Made by a program: the position numbers and the translations under genes. The notes beneath the pieces are model-generated. The model was not told where the DNA came from. It ran no database searches and worked only from the letters and a program-made list of their open reading frames with translations. A stretch of 64,000 nt of DNA from Spirochaetia bacterium (GTDB lineage: Bacteria > Spirochaetota > Spirochaetia > SZUA-6 > Bin103). Location of the stretch: assembly GCA_965203055.1 (NCBI GenBank), contig OZ241863.1:2176001-2240000 (forward strand), written 5' to 3'. Every line of letters starts with the position of its first letter. Position 1 is the stretch's first letter. This document shows positions 38,705 to 48,800 of the stretch, one piece after another.

Positions 38705-39873
38705 TGGCGCTGCTATCGATCCATCCGTTTCCCGCTCGCATGGCCCCGGAACTGGCCAGTCGTTCGATTGAAGCCGTGCCGGACGGTGGACTGGTGCTCG
38801 ATCCGATGTGCGGCTCCGGCACCGTCGCCCGCGCCGCGGTGGAGGAAGGGCTGCGGTGCGTTGGCACCGATGTCGATCCATTGGCGGTCCTGATGGCAAG
38901 GGCATGGACTACCCCGGTGGAACCTGAGGAGATTCGGAATGATGCGGAGCGGATCATACGGGAAGCCGGGAAGCTTGAAGATCTAGAGGTCGAACGGACG
39001 GCGGATGCGGAGACAAGGGAATTCATCTCCTACTGGTTCGCGCCGCGACAGGAGTCGGCGCTGGCGCGCATCGCAACCGTGCTGCGGCGTTGGCAACGTC
39101 CGACAAGGGACGCACTGGCGGTCGCCGTGAGTCGGATCATCGTATCCAAGGAACGGATGGCGTCTCTGGCTCGTGACACCTCTCATAGTCGGCCCCACAA
39201 GGTTGCCGACTCCAATGACTTTGACGTCCCTTCCGGCTTTCTGCGCTCCGCCCGGTACGTGGCCGCACGGCTCGCACCGGATCGAATAACGGGGCAGGCC
39301 GATATTCGCCAAGCCGACGCGCGGCTACTCGACGGGGTCGACGACGCGAGCATCGACCTCGTGCTTACCTCGCCGCCGTACCTCAATGCCATAGACTACC
39401 TGCGCGGCCACCGGCTGGCTCTCGTCTGGTTGGGTCACGAATTGAGACCGCTGAGGGAAATCCGGGCGAACAGCGTCGGAGCGGAGCGCGTGATACCGGC
39501 GACCGATACGAATCGCGACGTTCGGCGTTTCGTGGGAAATGTCGAATGGTCGAACATTGCTGCTCGGCATCTCGGCTGGATACGGCGTTACGCATCCGAC
39601 ATGGACGCGGTACTCCGTCAGATCGTGCGCGTCATCAAGCGGACCGGCCAAGTGGTTCTGGTGCTTGGCAATTCGTTCCTCCGCGGGGCGACCATCGACA
39701 ACGCGCGGCTCATCAAGGAACTTGCCGAAAACGTCGGATTACGTCTCCAGGGCCAACACGTGCGGGAGATCCCTGCTCGGCGACGGTATCTTCCTCCGCC
39801 CGGTGTTGGTGACGGCTCGCTCGACTCTCGCATGCGCCAGGAGACCGTCCTTACGTTCGCGTCCGATGCATGA
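38704..39873 (+). CDS. Amino-type DNA methyltransferase, probably N4-cytosine
   Basis: HPFPARM (motif X), DPMCGSGT (motif I), LTSPPY (motif IV); TGATG overlap with the upstream gene. Confidence 0.85.
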   Translation: MALLSIHPFPARMAPELASRSIEAVPDGGLVLDPMCGSGTVARAAVEEGLRCVGTDVDPLAVLMARAWTTPVEPEEIRNDAERIIREAGKLEDLEVERTADAETREFISYWFAPRQESALARIATVLRRWQRPTRDALAVAVSRIIVSKERMASLARDTSHSRPHKVADSNDFDVPSGFLRSARYVAARLAPDRITGQADIRQADARLLDGVDDASIDLVLTSPPYLNAIDYLRGHRLALVWLGHELRPLREIRANSVGAERVIPATDTNRDVRRFVGNVEWSNIAARHLGWIRRYASDMDAVLRQIVRVIKRTGQVVLVLGNSFLRGATIDNARLIKELAENVGLRLQGQHVREIPARRRYLPPPGVGDGSLDSRMRQETVLTFASDA

Positions 39874-39922
39874 TAGACTACCCCCTCACTGCCCATGGTC
39901 AGCGTGCCGCCGGCGCCACTGC

Positions 39923-39958
39923 CAAGGTGCAGATGATCTACGTGAACCCGCTCTGCGG
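39923..39958 (+). repeat. 36-bp diverged copy of the mod segment 41495-41530 (KVQMIYVDPPY)
   Basis: 32/36 identical by manual alignment; the first 21 nt are exact. Confidence 0.8.
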
Positions 39959-39960
39959 AA

Positions 39961-40935
39961 ATGGAGAATATGGACTACTTCAGTGATCGCGAGCGCCCGC
40001 CGCCACCACCAACGATTACAGAATTTACGAACGCCTCCTGGCGGGGCGTCGCTGCCGCTATCGACACTCGGATTAGAGACGGATCGTTTGGTGCACGTTA
40101 CCCCGAAATTTGTCAAGATGGACCATATCCATATGGCACTGATATAGACTCTTTTTGGTGCGCTTTAGCAGGTGATATACCGGAACTCAGTGAACGATGC
40201 GAGCGGTTCACAGAGACCGAACAACCTTCGTTGTTCGCAGCCATGGACTTGATTGAATTCTGCTGGCGTGCCGTAGGCAAACCTCAGAAGACATGGTATC
40301 ATAAATTCTTTGATCACCATCATCTGAAATTCGACGAGGACGCAGGAAAGAGTGAGTTTCGTGAAGATATAAATAGAATATTCCGTCGCAACGGAATGGC
40401 ATATGAGTTAACGACGAATGGAATCGTTGAACGGTTGGTGCCGGAGCAGATTTCGGCGATGGTTCATACGGAATACCGCACGAGTGACAGCGATCTGGAC
40501 AGGATGCTCGATAGTGCTCGTAGAAAATATCTGAGTCCTAACGATGACGAACGCCGTGATTCGCTCCAGTTCTTATGGGACGCATGGGAACGGATCAAAA
40601 CGATAGACGGTCCCGACAAGAAATCGGGTGTAAAGAGTCTTCTTGATCAGGCTGCGGGGACGAGTGCATCGAAATTTCGCGCTACTTTGGAAGAGGAGGC
40701 AAAGAAATTGACGTCGATCGGCAATAGTTTTCAGATACGACACTCGGAGACGAATCAGGAGCGTCTTGACTCCCCGCAGCACGTCGACTATGTCGCCTGC
40801 AGGATGTTTTCGTTCATCTACCTAATTCTTCGGCGTTTTCGTAGTGTTCCGGCGGGTCAATCGTATCATGACAACGGCGATGAAGAAGCCAGCGCTCTCC
40901 GCGCGGCTGCAGCCGATGACGCACTTCCGTTTTGA
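39961..40935 (+). CDS. AbiJ-related protein (AbiJ N-terminal domain + HEPN-like C-terminus)
   Basis: YFSDRE, DLIEF, FREDINRIFRRNG.AYEL, LWDAWERIKT, GNSFQIRHSE; among the most AT-rich genes in the window. Confidence 0.72.
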   Translation: MENMDYFSDRERPPPPPTITEFTNASWRGVAAAIDTRIRDGSFGARYPEICQDGPYPYGTDIDSFWCALAGDIPELSERCERFTETEQPSLFAAMDLIEFCWRAVGKPQKTWYHKFFDHHHLKFDEDAGKSEFREDINRIFRRNGMAYELTTNGIVERLVPEQISAMVHTEYRTSDSDLDRMLDSARRKYLSPNDDERRDSLQFLWDAWERIKTIDGPDKKSGVKSLLDQAAGTSASKFRATLEEEAKKLTSIGNSFQIRHSETNQERLDSPQHVDYVACRMFSFIYLILRRFRSVPAGQSYHDNGDEEASALRAAAADDALPF

Positions 40936-40937
40936 GT

Positions 40938-43900
40938 ATGCGGGACAAGAGAACACCGAAACCGGGGGCCGCCGATAGCGTTAGGTCGATCACGTATCCG
41001 GCGAAGCGGAAGAACATTCCGCCGGCGGGGTTGGAGGCGCAAGGGGTGGTTCGGGAGACGCCGACGGTGCGGTACGACTACAACCCGCATCTGCCGCCGG
41101 CGTTGCGCTCCGCGCCGGACGCCGCGGTCGAGGACCGGCTGCCGGAGTTGCTGGCGGCGGCGCGGCGGCGGGCGCTCTCCGAAGAAGAGGCGGCGCTGCT
41201 GGCAGCCGCGCTGCGCCGGCATGAGCCGTGGCTGGAGTGGAGCGGCAAGCGGGAGCGTCCGTGGTTCGAGGTCGATCCGGTGGCGCTGCACATGCACGAA
41301 CGGGTCTCCACGCAGGCGATCCTGCGCGTGCTCAAGCGGCAGGACGCGCAGCGCGACCTGTTCGCCGATCCGCAACTCGACTACGCCCGGGCGGTGCAGT
41401 TCTACCGGCACGACGTGGATTGGGCGAACCGGATGATCCTCGGCGACTCGCTGCAGGTGATGGCAAGCCTCGCCCGCCGCGAGGACTTGGCCGGCAAGGT
41501 GCAGATGATCTACGTCGACCCGCCCTACGGGATCAGGTTCGCCTCCAACTTCCAGCCGCAGCTCGGCCAGCGCGACGTCAAGGACCGCCGGCAGGACCTG
41601 ACCCGCGAGCCGGAGATGGTCAAGGCGTACCGCGACACCTGGACGCTGGGCGTCCACTCCTACCTGGCCTACCTGCGCGACCGGCTGGCGATGGCGCGCG
41701 AGCTGCTCACCGCCACCGGCAGCATCTTCGTCCAGATCAATGACGAGAATCTTCATCGTGTACGCTCTGTTATGGATGAAATCTACGGAGCGGATAACTT
41801 CATCGCGATCATAGCATTCAAGAAGACAAGTGGACTGGGGACTTTCGGCGTCGGAAGCGTCTTGGACTTTCTACTCTGGTACGGTAAGGATAAGCAGCAG
41901 ACAAAGACTAGAGACCTGCTCGAGGACAAGAATCCTGGCACCTCCGGAAGATTCTACGATCATGTGTTGTTTCCTACAGGGGAACTTAGGCGATTCTCAA
42001 CATCTGAGAAAGATAGCATAGGAGAGGAAGATGGAAAATTGTTACAGGGGAGTGTTCTTTACTCCGAAGGGGCTACGGAAACAGGTAAATTCGAGATCCA
42101 GGTAGGACCATACAAGTTTCGTCCACCCGCCAATGCCCATTGGAAGACAACTCAAGATGGGATGAATCGTCTCCTCAGCGCCGATCGCGTATTCCTTAAA
42201 GGAAAAACCCCTCGCTATGTCCGTTATCTCGACGATTATCGATGCTATCCACTGACAAACGTCTGGACAGATACGGGATTTGGGGGGTTCGTCGGCGATC
42301 AATCAAAGACTTACGTGGTTCAAACTTCGTCGTTGATCGTAGCGCGATGCATGTTGATGACTACCGATCCGGGCGATTTGGTGCTCGATCCGACCTGCGG
42401 CAGCGGCACGACGGCCTACGTCGCCGAGCAGTGGGGGCGGCGCTGGATCACCATCGACACCAGCCGGGTGGCGCTGACGTTGGCCAAGCACCGGCTGATG
42501 ACCGCCCGGTTCGACTACTACCGGCTGCGGGCGCTGAGCGCGGAGGACGTGGCGCGCAACCCGAACGGCACCTGGATCGAGGGCACGGACGGCAACGGCG
42601 GGCCGAACGGCGCGCGGCTGACGCTCGATTGCCGGACGGTGCCGCACATAACGCTGCGCAGCATCGCCCGTAACACCTCGCTCGATCCGATCTTCGCCCG
42701 CCACGAACCGATACTGGCCCAGGCGCTCGAAGCCCTGAACCGTGCGCTCGCCGCGGTCACCGCCGAGACGCGGCGGAAGCTGGTCGAGAAGTTGATCGCC
42801 AAGCACCGCCGCGACGGCGCCAACGCGGTCACCGATGCCGACGTGCGGCGCTGGCTGCTGCCGGACACGCCGGGCGACCGGCTCCGCCCGGTCGGGGCGC
42901 GCCGGCCGCTCAAGGCGGTCACCGCGCGGCAGGCAGCCCGGTACCGCGACCGGATTCCGGCGCGGGAATGGCGCGCGTGGCAGGCGCCGTTCGACGCCGA
43001 CCCGGATTGGCCGCCGCCGCTGCAGGAGGCGCTGGCCGCCTACCGCGCCGCGTGGCGCGCGAAGATGGAGGAGGTCAACGCCGGCATCGCCGCCAACGCC
43101 GACGTCGAGGAGCTGGTCGACCAGCCGGCCGTCGTCAAGGGCACCGTCCGCGTCGCCGGACCGTTCACCATGGAAGGGGTGATCGCGCTGGAGGAAGGGC
43201 CGGATTCGCCCATCGGCGGCGCGCCGGAGGAGTTGGACGACTTCGGCGCCGAAGACGGCGCCGCGGCGGTCGCCAACGCCGAGGCGCATCTGGACAAGAT
43301 GATCCGCCTGCTCAAGGCGAGCGGCGTCCAGTTCCCCGGCAACAAGCACCAGCGCTTCGAGCGGCTCGACCCGATCACCGGGCCGGCGCTGATCCACGCC
43401 GAAGGCGAGTGGCTGAACGGCGCCGGCGCGGCTCGCACCGTGGCGGTCAGCGTCGGCCCGGAGGCCGGCAACGTCACCACGTGGCAGGTCGAGGAGGTGG
43501 TGCGCGCCGCCAACCGGGCCGGCTACGACGACGTGGTGTTCGCCGGCTTCGGCTTCGACGCCGCGGCGCAGGCCGCCATCGAGCACGCCGCGCATCCCCA
43601 TCTGCGCCTGCACATGGCGCTGATCAGCCCCGACGCGGCCATGGCCGACCTGCTCAAGACCCAGCCCGGCAGCCAGATATTCACCGTGTTCAGCGCCCCG
43701 CGCGTGGCCGGCCCCACCCGCCGGGAGGACGGCGATTACGAAGTCGAGGTAGAAGGAATGGACGTCTACGATCCGGTCTCCAACACCCTCGCCCCCACCG
43801 AATCGGCGCGCATCGCCGCCTGGTTCCTGGACACCGACTACGACGGGCGCACCTTCTGCATCTGCCAGGCGTTCTTCCCCGACAAGAGCAAGTGGCGCCG

Positions 43901-44093
43901 GCTGGCCAAGGCGCTCGGCAGCGCCGGCGTGGTGGACAAGGCCGCCTTCGACGACCTGAGCGGCCTGCGCAGCCTGCCGTTCGCCCCGCCGCCCGACCGG
44001 CGCGTCGGCGAACCGTGGCGCATCGCGGTCAAGGTGATCGACCCGCGCGGCAACGAGGGTCTGCGCGTGCTGACCGTCGAGGCCCCGGCATGA
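40938..44093 (+). CDS. mod: Type III R-M methyltransferase (Mod)
   Basis: NRMILGDSL, IYVDPPY, TRD, then DPTCGSGTT (beta order); C-terminal AVKVIDPRGNE. Confidence 0.9.
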   Translation: MRDKRTPKPGAADSVRSITYPAKRKNIPPAGLEAQGVVRETPTVRYDYNPHLPPALRSAPDAAVEDRLPELLAAARRRALSEEEAALLAAALRRHEPWLEWSGKRERPWFEVDPVALHMHERVSTQAILRVLKRQDAQRDLFADPQLDYARAVQFYRHDVDWANRMILGDSLQVMASLARREDLAGKVQMIYVDPPYGIRFASNFQPQLGQRDVKDRRQDLTREPEMVKAYRDTWTLGVHSYLAYLRDRLAMARELLTATGSIFVQINDENLHRVRSVMDEIYGADNFIAIIAFKKTSGLGTFGVGSVLDFLLWYGKDKQQTKTRDLLEDKNPGTSGRFYDHVLFPTGELRRFSTSEKDSIGEEDGKLLQGSVLYSEGATETGKFEIQVGPYKFRPPANAHWKTTQDGMNRLLSADRVFLKGKTPRYVRYLDDYRCYPLTNVWTDTGFGGFVGDQSKTYVVQTSSLIVARCMLMTTDPGDLVLDPTCGSGTTAYVAEQWGRRWITIDTSRVALTLAKHRLMTARFDYYRLRALSAEDVARNPNGTWIEGTDGNGGPNGARLTLDCRTVPHITLRSIARNTSLDPIFARHEPILAQALEALNRALAAVTAETRRKLVEKLIAKHRRDGANAVTDADVRRWLLPDTPGDRLRPVGARRPLKAVTARQAARYRDRIPAREWRAWQAPFDADPDWPPPLQEALAAYRAAWRAKMEEVNAGIAANADVEELVDQPAVVKGTVRVAGPFTMEGVIALEEGPDSPIGGAPEELDDFGAEDGAAAVANAEAHLDKMIRLLKASGVQFPGNKHQRFERLDPITGPALIHAEGEWLNGAGAARTVAVSVGPEAGNVTTWQVEEVVRAANRAGYDDVVFAGFGFDAAAQAAIEHAAHPHLRLHMALISPDAAMADLLKTQPGSQIFTVFSAPRVAGPTRREDGDYEVEVEGMDVYDPVSNTLAPTESARIAAWFLDTDYDGRTFCICQAFFPDKSKWRRLAKALGSAGVVDKAAFDDLSGLRSLPFAPPPDRRVGEPWRIAVKVIDPRGNEGLRVLTVEAPA

Positions 44094-45280
44094 TCGACCG
44101 CATCGTCATCGAGAACTTCAAGAGCTTCCGCAAGGTCGATCTCTCGCTCGGCCCGATGAATCTGTTCATCGGCACCAATGCCAGCGGCAAGTCCAACTTC
44201 CTCGACGCGCTGCGCGTGCTGCAGGGGATCGGCAACGGCTTCACCATCGGCGAGATTCTCGACGGCAAACCGAGAAGCGCGACCAGCGAAGTATGGGAAG
44301 GGATTCGAGGCGGCAGCTCACTGACCTGCTTCGCCGGCAGCGATGGCAATGCGACGCTTGAGGTAAGTGGAATCACGTCAGCACGCTGGGAGTACACAAT
44401 ATCGTTCTCGCCGGCGCACGGACGAGTCACCCGTGAACGTCTTAGGGTGGACGGAGAAGACATTTACGACTCTATTCCGGTTAGCAACAAGAACGAAAAT
44501 CCTATCCTCTCGGTACAACACTACGCGGGAACACTAGAAAGGCCGTCGATGATGGAGTTTGACAGCTCCCGGCCGGTGCTCGGACAGCTTGCCAGTAGTT
44601 TGTTCGATTTTGGCGAATTCGCCGCGCGGACTCTCGTACTCTTGGCAAACTCCCAACGGATCGACCCGTCGCCGCCGGTGTTGCAGCAGTATTCGCAAGC
44701 CCGTCACGTGCAACGTCTTGGGGAGCACGGAGAGAACTTCGCTGCGCTCGTGCGGACGATATGTAAGGATAAGCGAAAAAAGGGCGCCTACCTGGCATGG
44801 CTCCAGGAACTTCGGCCGGACGAGGTGCAAGACGTAGGGACGTTGAGAGGTGCTGTCGGCGAGGCGTTATTCATGATCCGGGAAGGCGGCCGGGTATTCC
44901 CCGCGCCGGTGCTGAGCGACGGCACCCTGCGGTTCGCGGCGATTACCGCCGCGTTCTTTCAGCCGGCAATGCCTAAAGTCATGACGATCGAGGAGATCGA
45001 GAACGGCATCCACCCCAGTCGCCTGAGGTTGCTCATAGAGCTGCTGCGAAGTCAGACTGAATCGGGCGCAACGCAAGTCTTCGCCACTACGCATTCTCCG
45101 ACCGTACTCGAATGGCTCGAAGAGTCCGAGCACCGGACGACGTTCCTGGCCGCCCGTGACGAGTCCACGGGCGAGTCGACGATCCGACCGGTGATCGACG
45201 TGCCCCACTTCAAGGAGGTGGTGGAGAAGTATCCGTTGGCGGACCTGCTTGCGGAAGGCTGGCTGGAAGCCGTGCTGTGA
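44090..45280 (+). CDS. ABC-type ATPase (AAA_21-like)
   Basis: MIDRIVIENFKSF, GTNASGKS, LSDGT, IEEIENGIHP, TTHS; ATGA overlap with mod. Confidence 0.88.
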   Translation: MIDRIVIENFKSFRKVDLSLGPMNLFIGTNASGKSNFLDALRVLQGIGNGFTIGEILDGKPRSATSEVWEGIRGGSSLTCFAGSDGNATLEVSGITSARWEYTISFSPAHGRVTRERLRVDGEDIYDSIPVSNKNENPILSVQHYAGTLERPSMMEFDSSRPVLGQLASSLFDFGEFAARTLVLLANSQRIDPSPPVLQQYSQARHVQRLGEHGENFAALVRTICKDKRKKGAYLAWLQELRPDEVQDVGTLRGAVGEALFMIREGGRVFPAPVLSDGTLRFAAITAAFFQPAMPKVMTIEEIENGIHPSRLRLLIELLRSQTESGATQVFATTHSPTVLEWLEESEHRTTFLAARDESTGESTIRPVIDVPHFKEVVEKYPLADLLAEGWLEAVL

Positions 45281-45837
45281 AGGTGCTCGTGATCGCGGAA
45301 GATCCGGTCCACAACGGTCAAGTCCTGAAGCCGCTGGCGCAGGCGCTGCTGGCTGACGCCGGCCGGGAATCGGCTCGGGTCCAGATCATGGGGAACCCAA
45401 GGATTCGCGGCTACGCGCATGCGCTGCGAGCCATCCGCAACGAGATCGTCGGTCGTTATCGATGGTACGACCTCTGGTTGTTCTTCCCGGATGCCGATCG
45501 TGGTAGTCGTGATGCGATGGAGCGGCTGGAGGCCGATCTCGCAGCGCAGGGTGTCTCGCTTCTCTGTTGTCCCGCGCAGCCCGAGGTGGAGATATACGCT
45601 TGCGCAGCGTTCCGCGGCGATATGACGGAGACCTGGAACGAAGCGCGAACAAATCCTCGAATGAAGGAAGAAGTATTCCAACCGCTTCTCGATCTGCACG
45701 GTGACCAAAGACGGCCCGACAGAGGTAGAGGGCTGATGATCAATCAGTCGTTGAGGAATCTTCCGTTGCTGTTTCAGCTGTGCCCGGAACTGAAGTGTCT
45801 GCGCGACCGGATCGCGGCGCATCTGAGCGAACATTGA
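45277..45837 (+). CDS. TOPRIM-like partner protein (DUF4276/RloB-like)
   Basis: N-terminal VIAED, DxD motif (FPDAD), PEVEIY; GTGA overlap with the ATPase. Confidence 0.65.
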   Translation: MKVLVIAEDPVHNGQVLKPLAQALLADAGRESARVQIMGNPRIRGYAHALRAIRNEIVGRYRWYDLWLFFPDADRGSRDAMERLEADLAAQGVSLLCCPAQPEVEIYACAAFRGDMTETWNEARTNPRMKEEVFQPLLDLHGDQRRPDRGRGLMINQSLRNLPLLFQLCPELKCLRDRIAAHLSEH

Positions 45838-48800
45838 GCGCTTCCGATACCGATACCGATACGCAGCTTCCGCTGCAGCCGGTCGAGGAGCCGATCATCT
45901 GCTCGCCCTACGCCGAGCCGGCGGCGCACTGGCTGTACGACACCGGCACCGGCCTGCCGTCGAAGATCGAGGGGCGGCGCGAGGCCGGCTACTGGTTCAA
46001 GACCGAGCGGGCGGGGAGCGCTCAGCAGGCGCTGTTCGCGGAGGAGGAACGGGACGATCTGCCGCTGGTGAACGTGCTGCGCGCCGACGTGCGCCGCTGG
46101 CGGCGGGCCGGCTGGCCCGGCTCGTCGCCGATCACCAAGAAGCTGCTGCGCCACTGGTGGCGCGAGGACCGCTCGCGGCGGCTGTTCTTCTGCCAGCTCG
46201 AAGCGGTGGAGACCGTCATCTACCTGCGCGAGCTGCTGGCGCGGGGCAGGAAGCCGCGCTGGACGCCGCGGCTCTCGCTGCGCGAGTTCGAGCTGCTCGG
46301 CAAGGGCCGCAATCCCCGCCCTGAAGAGTGGGTGGCCAAGGTGGCGCAGCCGCCCAAGCTCGCCGACTTCCCGAACAGCAGCGGCGGTCGGCCGATCCCG
46401 CGCTACGCCTGCAAGATGGCGACCGGCAGCGGCAAGACCGTGGTCATGGCGATGCTCGCCGCCTGGAGCTTCTGCAACCGCGGCGCGGCGCCCGCCGACC
46501 CGCGCTTCCCGCGCCGCGCGCTGGTGGTCTGTCCCAACCTCACCATCAAGGAGCGGCTGCAGGTGCTGCGCCCGGCCGCGCCCGGCAACTACTACGAGGA
46601 GTTCGACCTGGTGCCGTCCGCGCTGCGCCCGGAGCTGGCCAAAGGCAGGGTGCTGGTCACCAACTGGCACCGGCTCAGCCCCGACTCCGAGGAGATCCGC
46701 GTCGGCACGGTGGCGGTCGGCCGGATCGGCGAGGAGACCCCGGAGGCGTTCGCCCGCAACCGCCTGGGCGACCTGTACGACGGCGAGCCGCTGCTGGTGC
46801 TCAACGACGAAGGCCACCACGCCTACCGCCCGGCGCCCGCCGCCGACGACCTGCCGGCAACCGCGCGGGCCGAGCGCGAGGCGGCCACGGTGTGGGTGGA
46901 CGGACTGGACCGGATCAACGCCGCCTGCGGCATCGACGTCTGCATCGACCTGTCGGCCACGCCGTTCTACCTGCAGGGCAGCGGCTATCCCGAAGGCTCC
47001 CCGTTCCCGTGGATCGTCAGCGACTTCAGTCTGGTCGACGCCATCGAGTGCGGCATCACGAAAATTCCGCGGCTGCCCGCGGCGGACAACACCGGGCAGC
47101 CCGACCCCAAGTACTTCCGGCTGTGGGAACACGTCACCCGCGACCTGCGACCGGGCGAACGGTTGACTCGGGGGCGGCCGAAGCCGGAGGTGGTCTACCG
47201 CAAGGTCGAAGACGCCCTGCTCACCCTCGCCGGCGAATGGAAGGAGCGGTTCGAGCAGGCGCAGGCGGCCGCGCCCGGCCAGGACCGCACCCCGCCGGTG
47301 ATGATCGTGGTGTGCGACAACACCGCCATCGCCACCCACTTCCACCGCATGATCTCCGGCGAGGAACCGGACGCGGACCACCCGCAGCAAAAGCGCTACG
47401 GCTCCGGCATCAAGGGATTCCCCGAGCTGTGGAACGCCGCCGGCGGCCAGTACACGCTGCGCATCGACTCCAAGCTGCTCGAAGCCGCCGAGAGCGGCGA
47501 TCCCGCGGCCACCAGGAAGGACGCCGCTGAGGAGTTGCGCCGCATCGTCGCGACCATCGGCCGGCCCGGCGCGCCCGGGGCGCGCATCCGCTGCGTAATC
47601 AGCGTGAACATGCTCAGCGAAGGGTGGGACGCCAACAACGTGACCCACATCCTGGGGCTGCGCGCGTTTTCGAGTCAGTTGCTGTGCGAGCAGGTGGTCG
47701 GCCGCGGCCTGCGCCGCATGGACTACACGCCGGACCCGGAGACCGGCCTGCTCACCGCGGAGTACGTCGACATCTTCGGCGTGCCGTTCTCGCTGATCCC
47801 GTTCAAGGGCCGCGCGCCGGGCGCGCCGGCGCCGGCGGACGATTCGGCCCCCAAGCATGAGGTGACCGCGCTCCCGGAGCGGCAGGCGTTCGAGATTCGC
47901 TTCCCGGTGGTGGAAGGCTACGTCATCTCGCTGGAGCGCCACCGCGTCACCTGCGACGTCGCCCAGGTGGAGCGCACGGCGCTCGATCCGGCGAGCGTGC
48001 CGGTCGACACCTTCGTGCGGCCGCAGGTCGGCTACAAGGTCGGCGCGCCGGGCCACTACGGCGGCTTCGGATTCGAGTCCGTCGACCGGCAGCAGTACTA
48101 CGCCGCGCACCATCCGCAGACGATCGCCTTCGAGATCGCCCGCGACGTGGTGCGCCAGCTCACCGACGCGGCGGACGGCGGCAACGGCGCAGCCAACGGC
48201 AACGGCGCGGCCCGGCAGGTCGCGCGCCACGCGCTGTTCCCGCAGGCGCTGCGGATCGTGCAGGCGTATCTCCGGGAGCGCGTTGACCTGCGCGGCTGCC
48301 ACCCGTGCGAGATCGGCCTGCAGACCTACGCCGAACGGATCGCCGCGCTGCTGGCCGCCGCGATCCGGCCGCACGACTCCCAAGGGGAACGGCCGCCGCT
48401 ACCGCGCTTGAACCGCTACCAGCCGCTCGGCAGCACCGCGCGGGTCCGCTTCAAGACCGCGCGCCCGGTGCAGGCGACGCAGGCCAGCCACCTCAATTAC
48501 GTGGCCTGCGACACCGGCAGTTGGGAGCAGGCCGCGGCGGTCCGGCTCGAACGGCTGGCCGGGCAGGGCATCGTCGAGTGCTACGCGCGCAACGACCACC
48601 TGGAGTTCACCATCCCCTACCAGCACTACGGCGACGGCGAACCGCGCGCCTACGAGCCCGACTTCATCGTGCGGCTGACCAACGGCCTCCACGTGGTGCT
48701 GGAGATCAAGGGCCAGTCCCGCGCGGACACCGACGCCAAGCACGAAGCGGCCAAGCGCTGGGTGCGCGCCGTCAATCACTGGCGCCGACTCGGCGAGTGG

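Noticed and set aside
40938..44093. Phase-variable mod (phasevarion)
   Set aside because: No long simple-sequence repeat seen in mod; the frame is intact.
45844..45862. (CCGATA)3 at the start of res as a phase-variation tract
   Set aside because: A 6-bp unit keeps the frame and there are only three copies.
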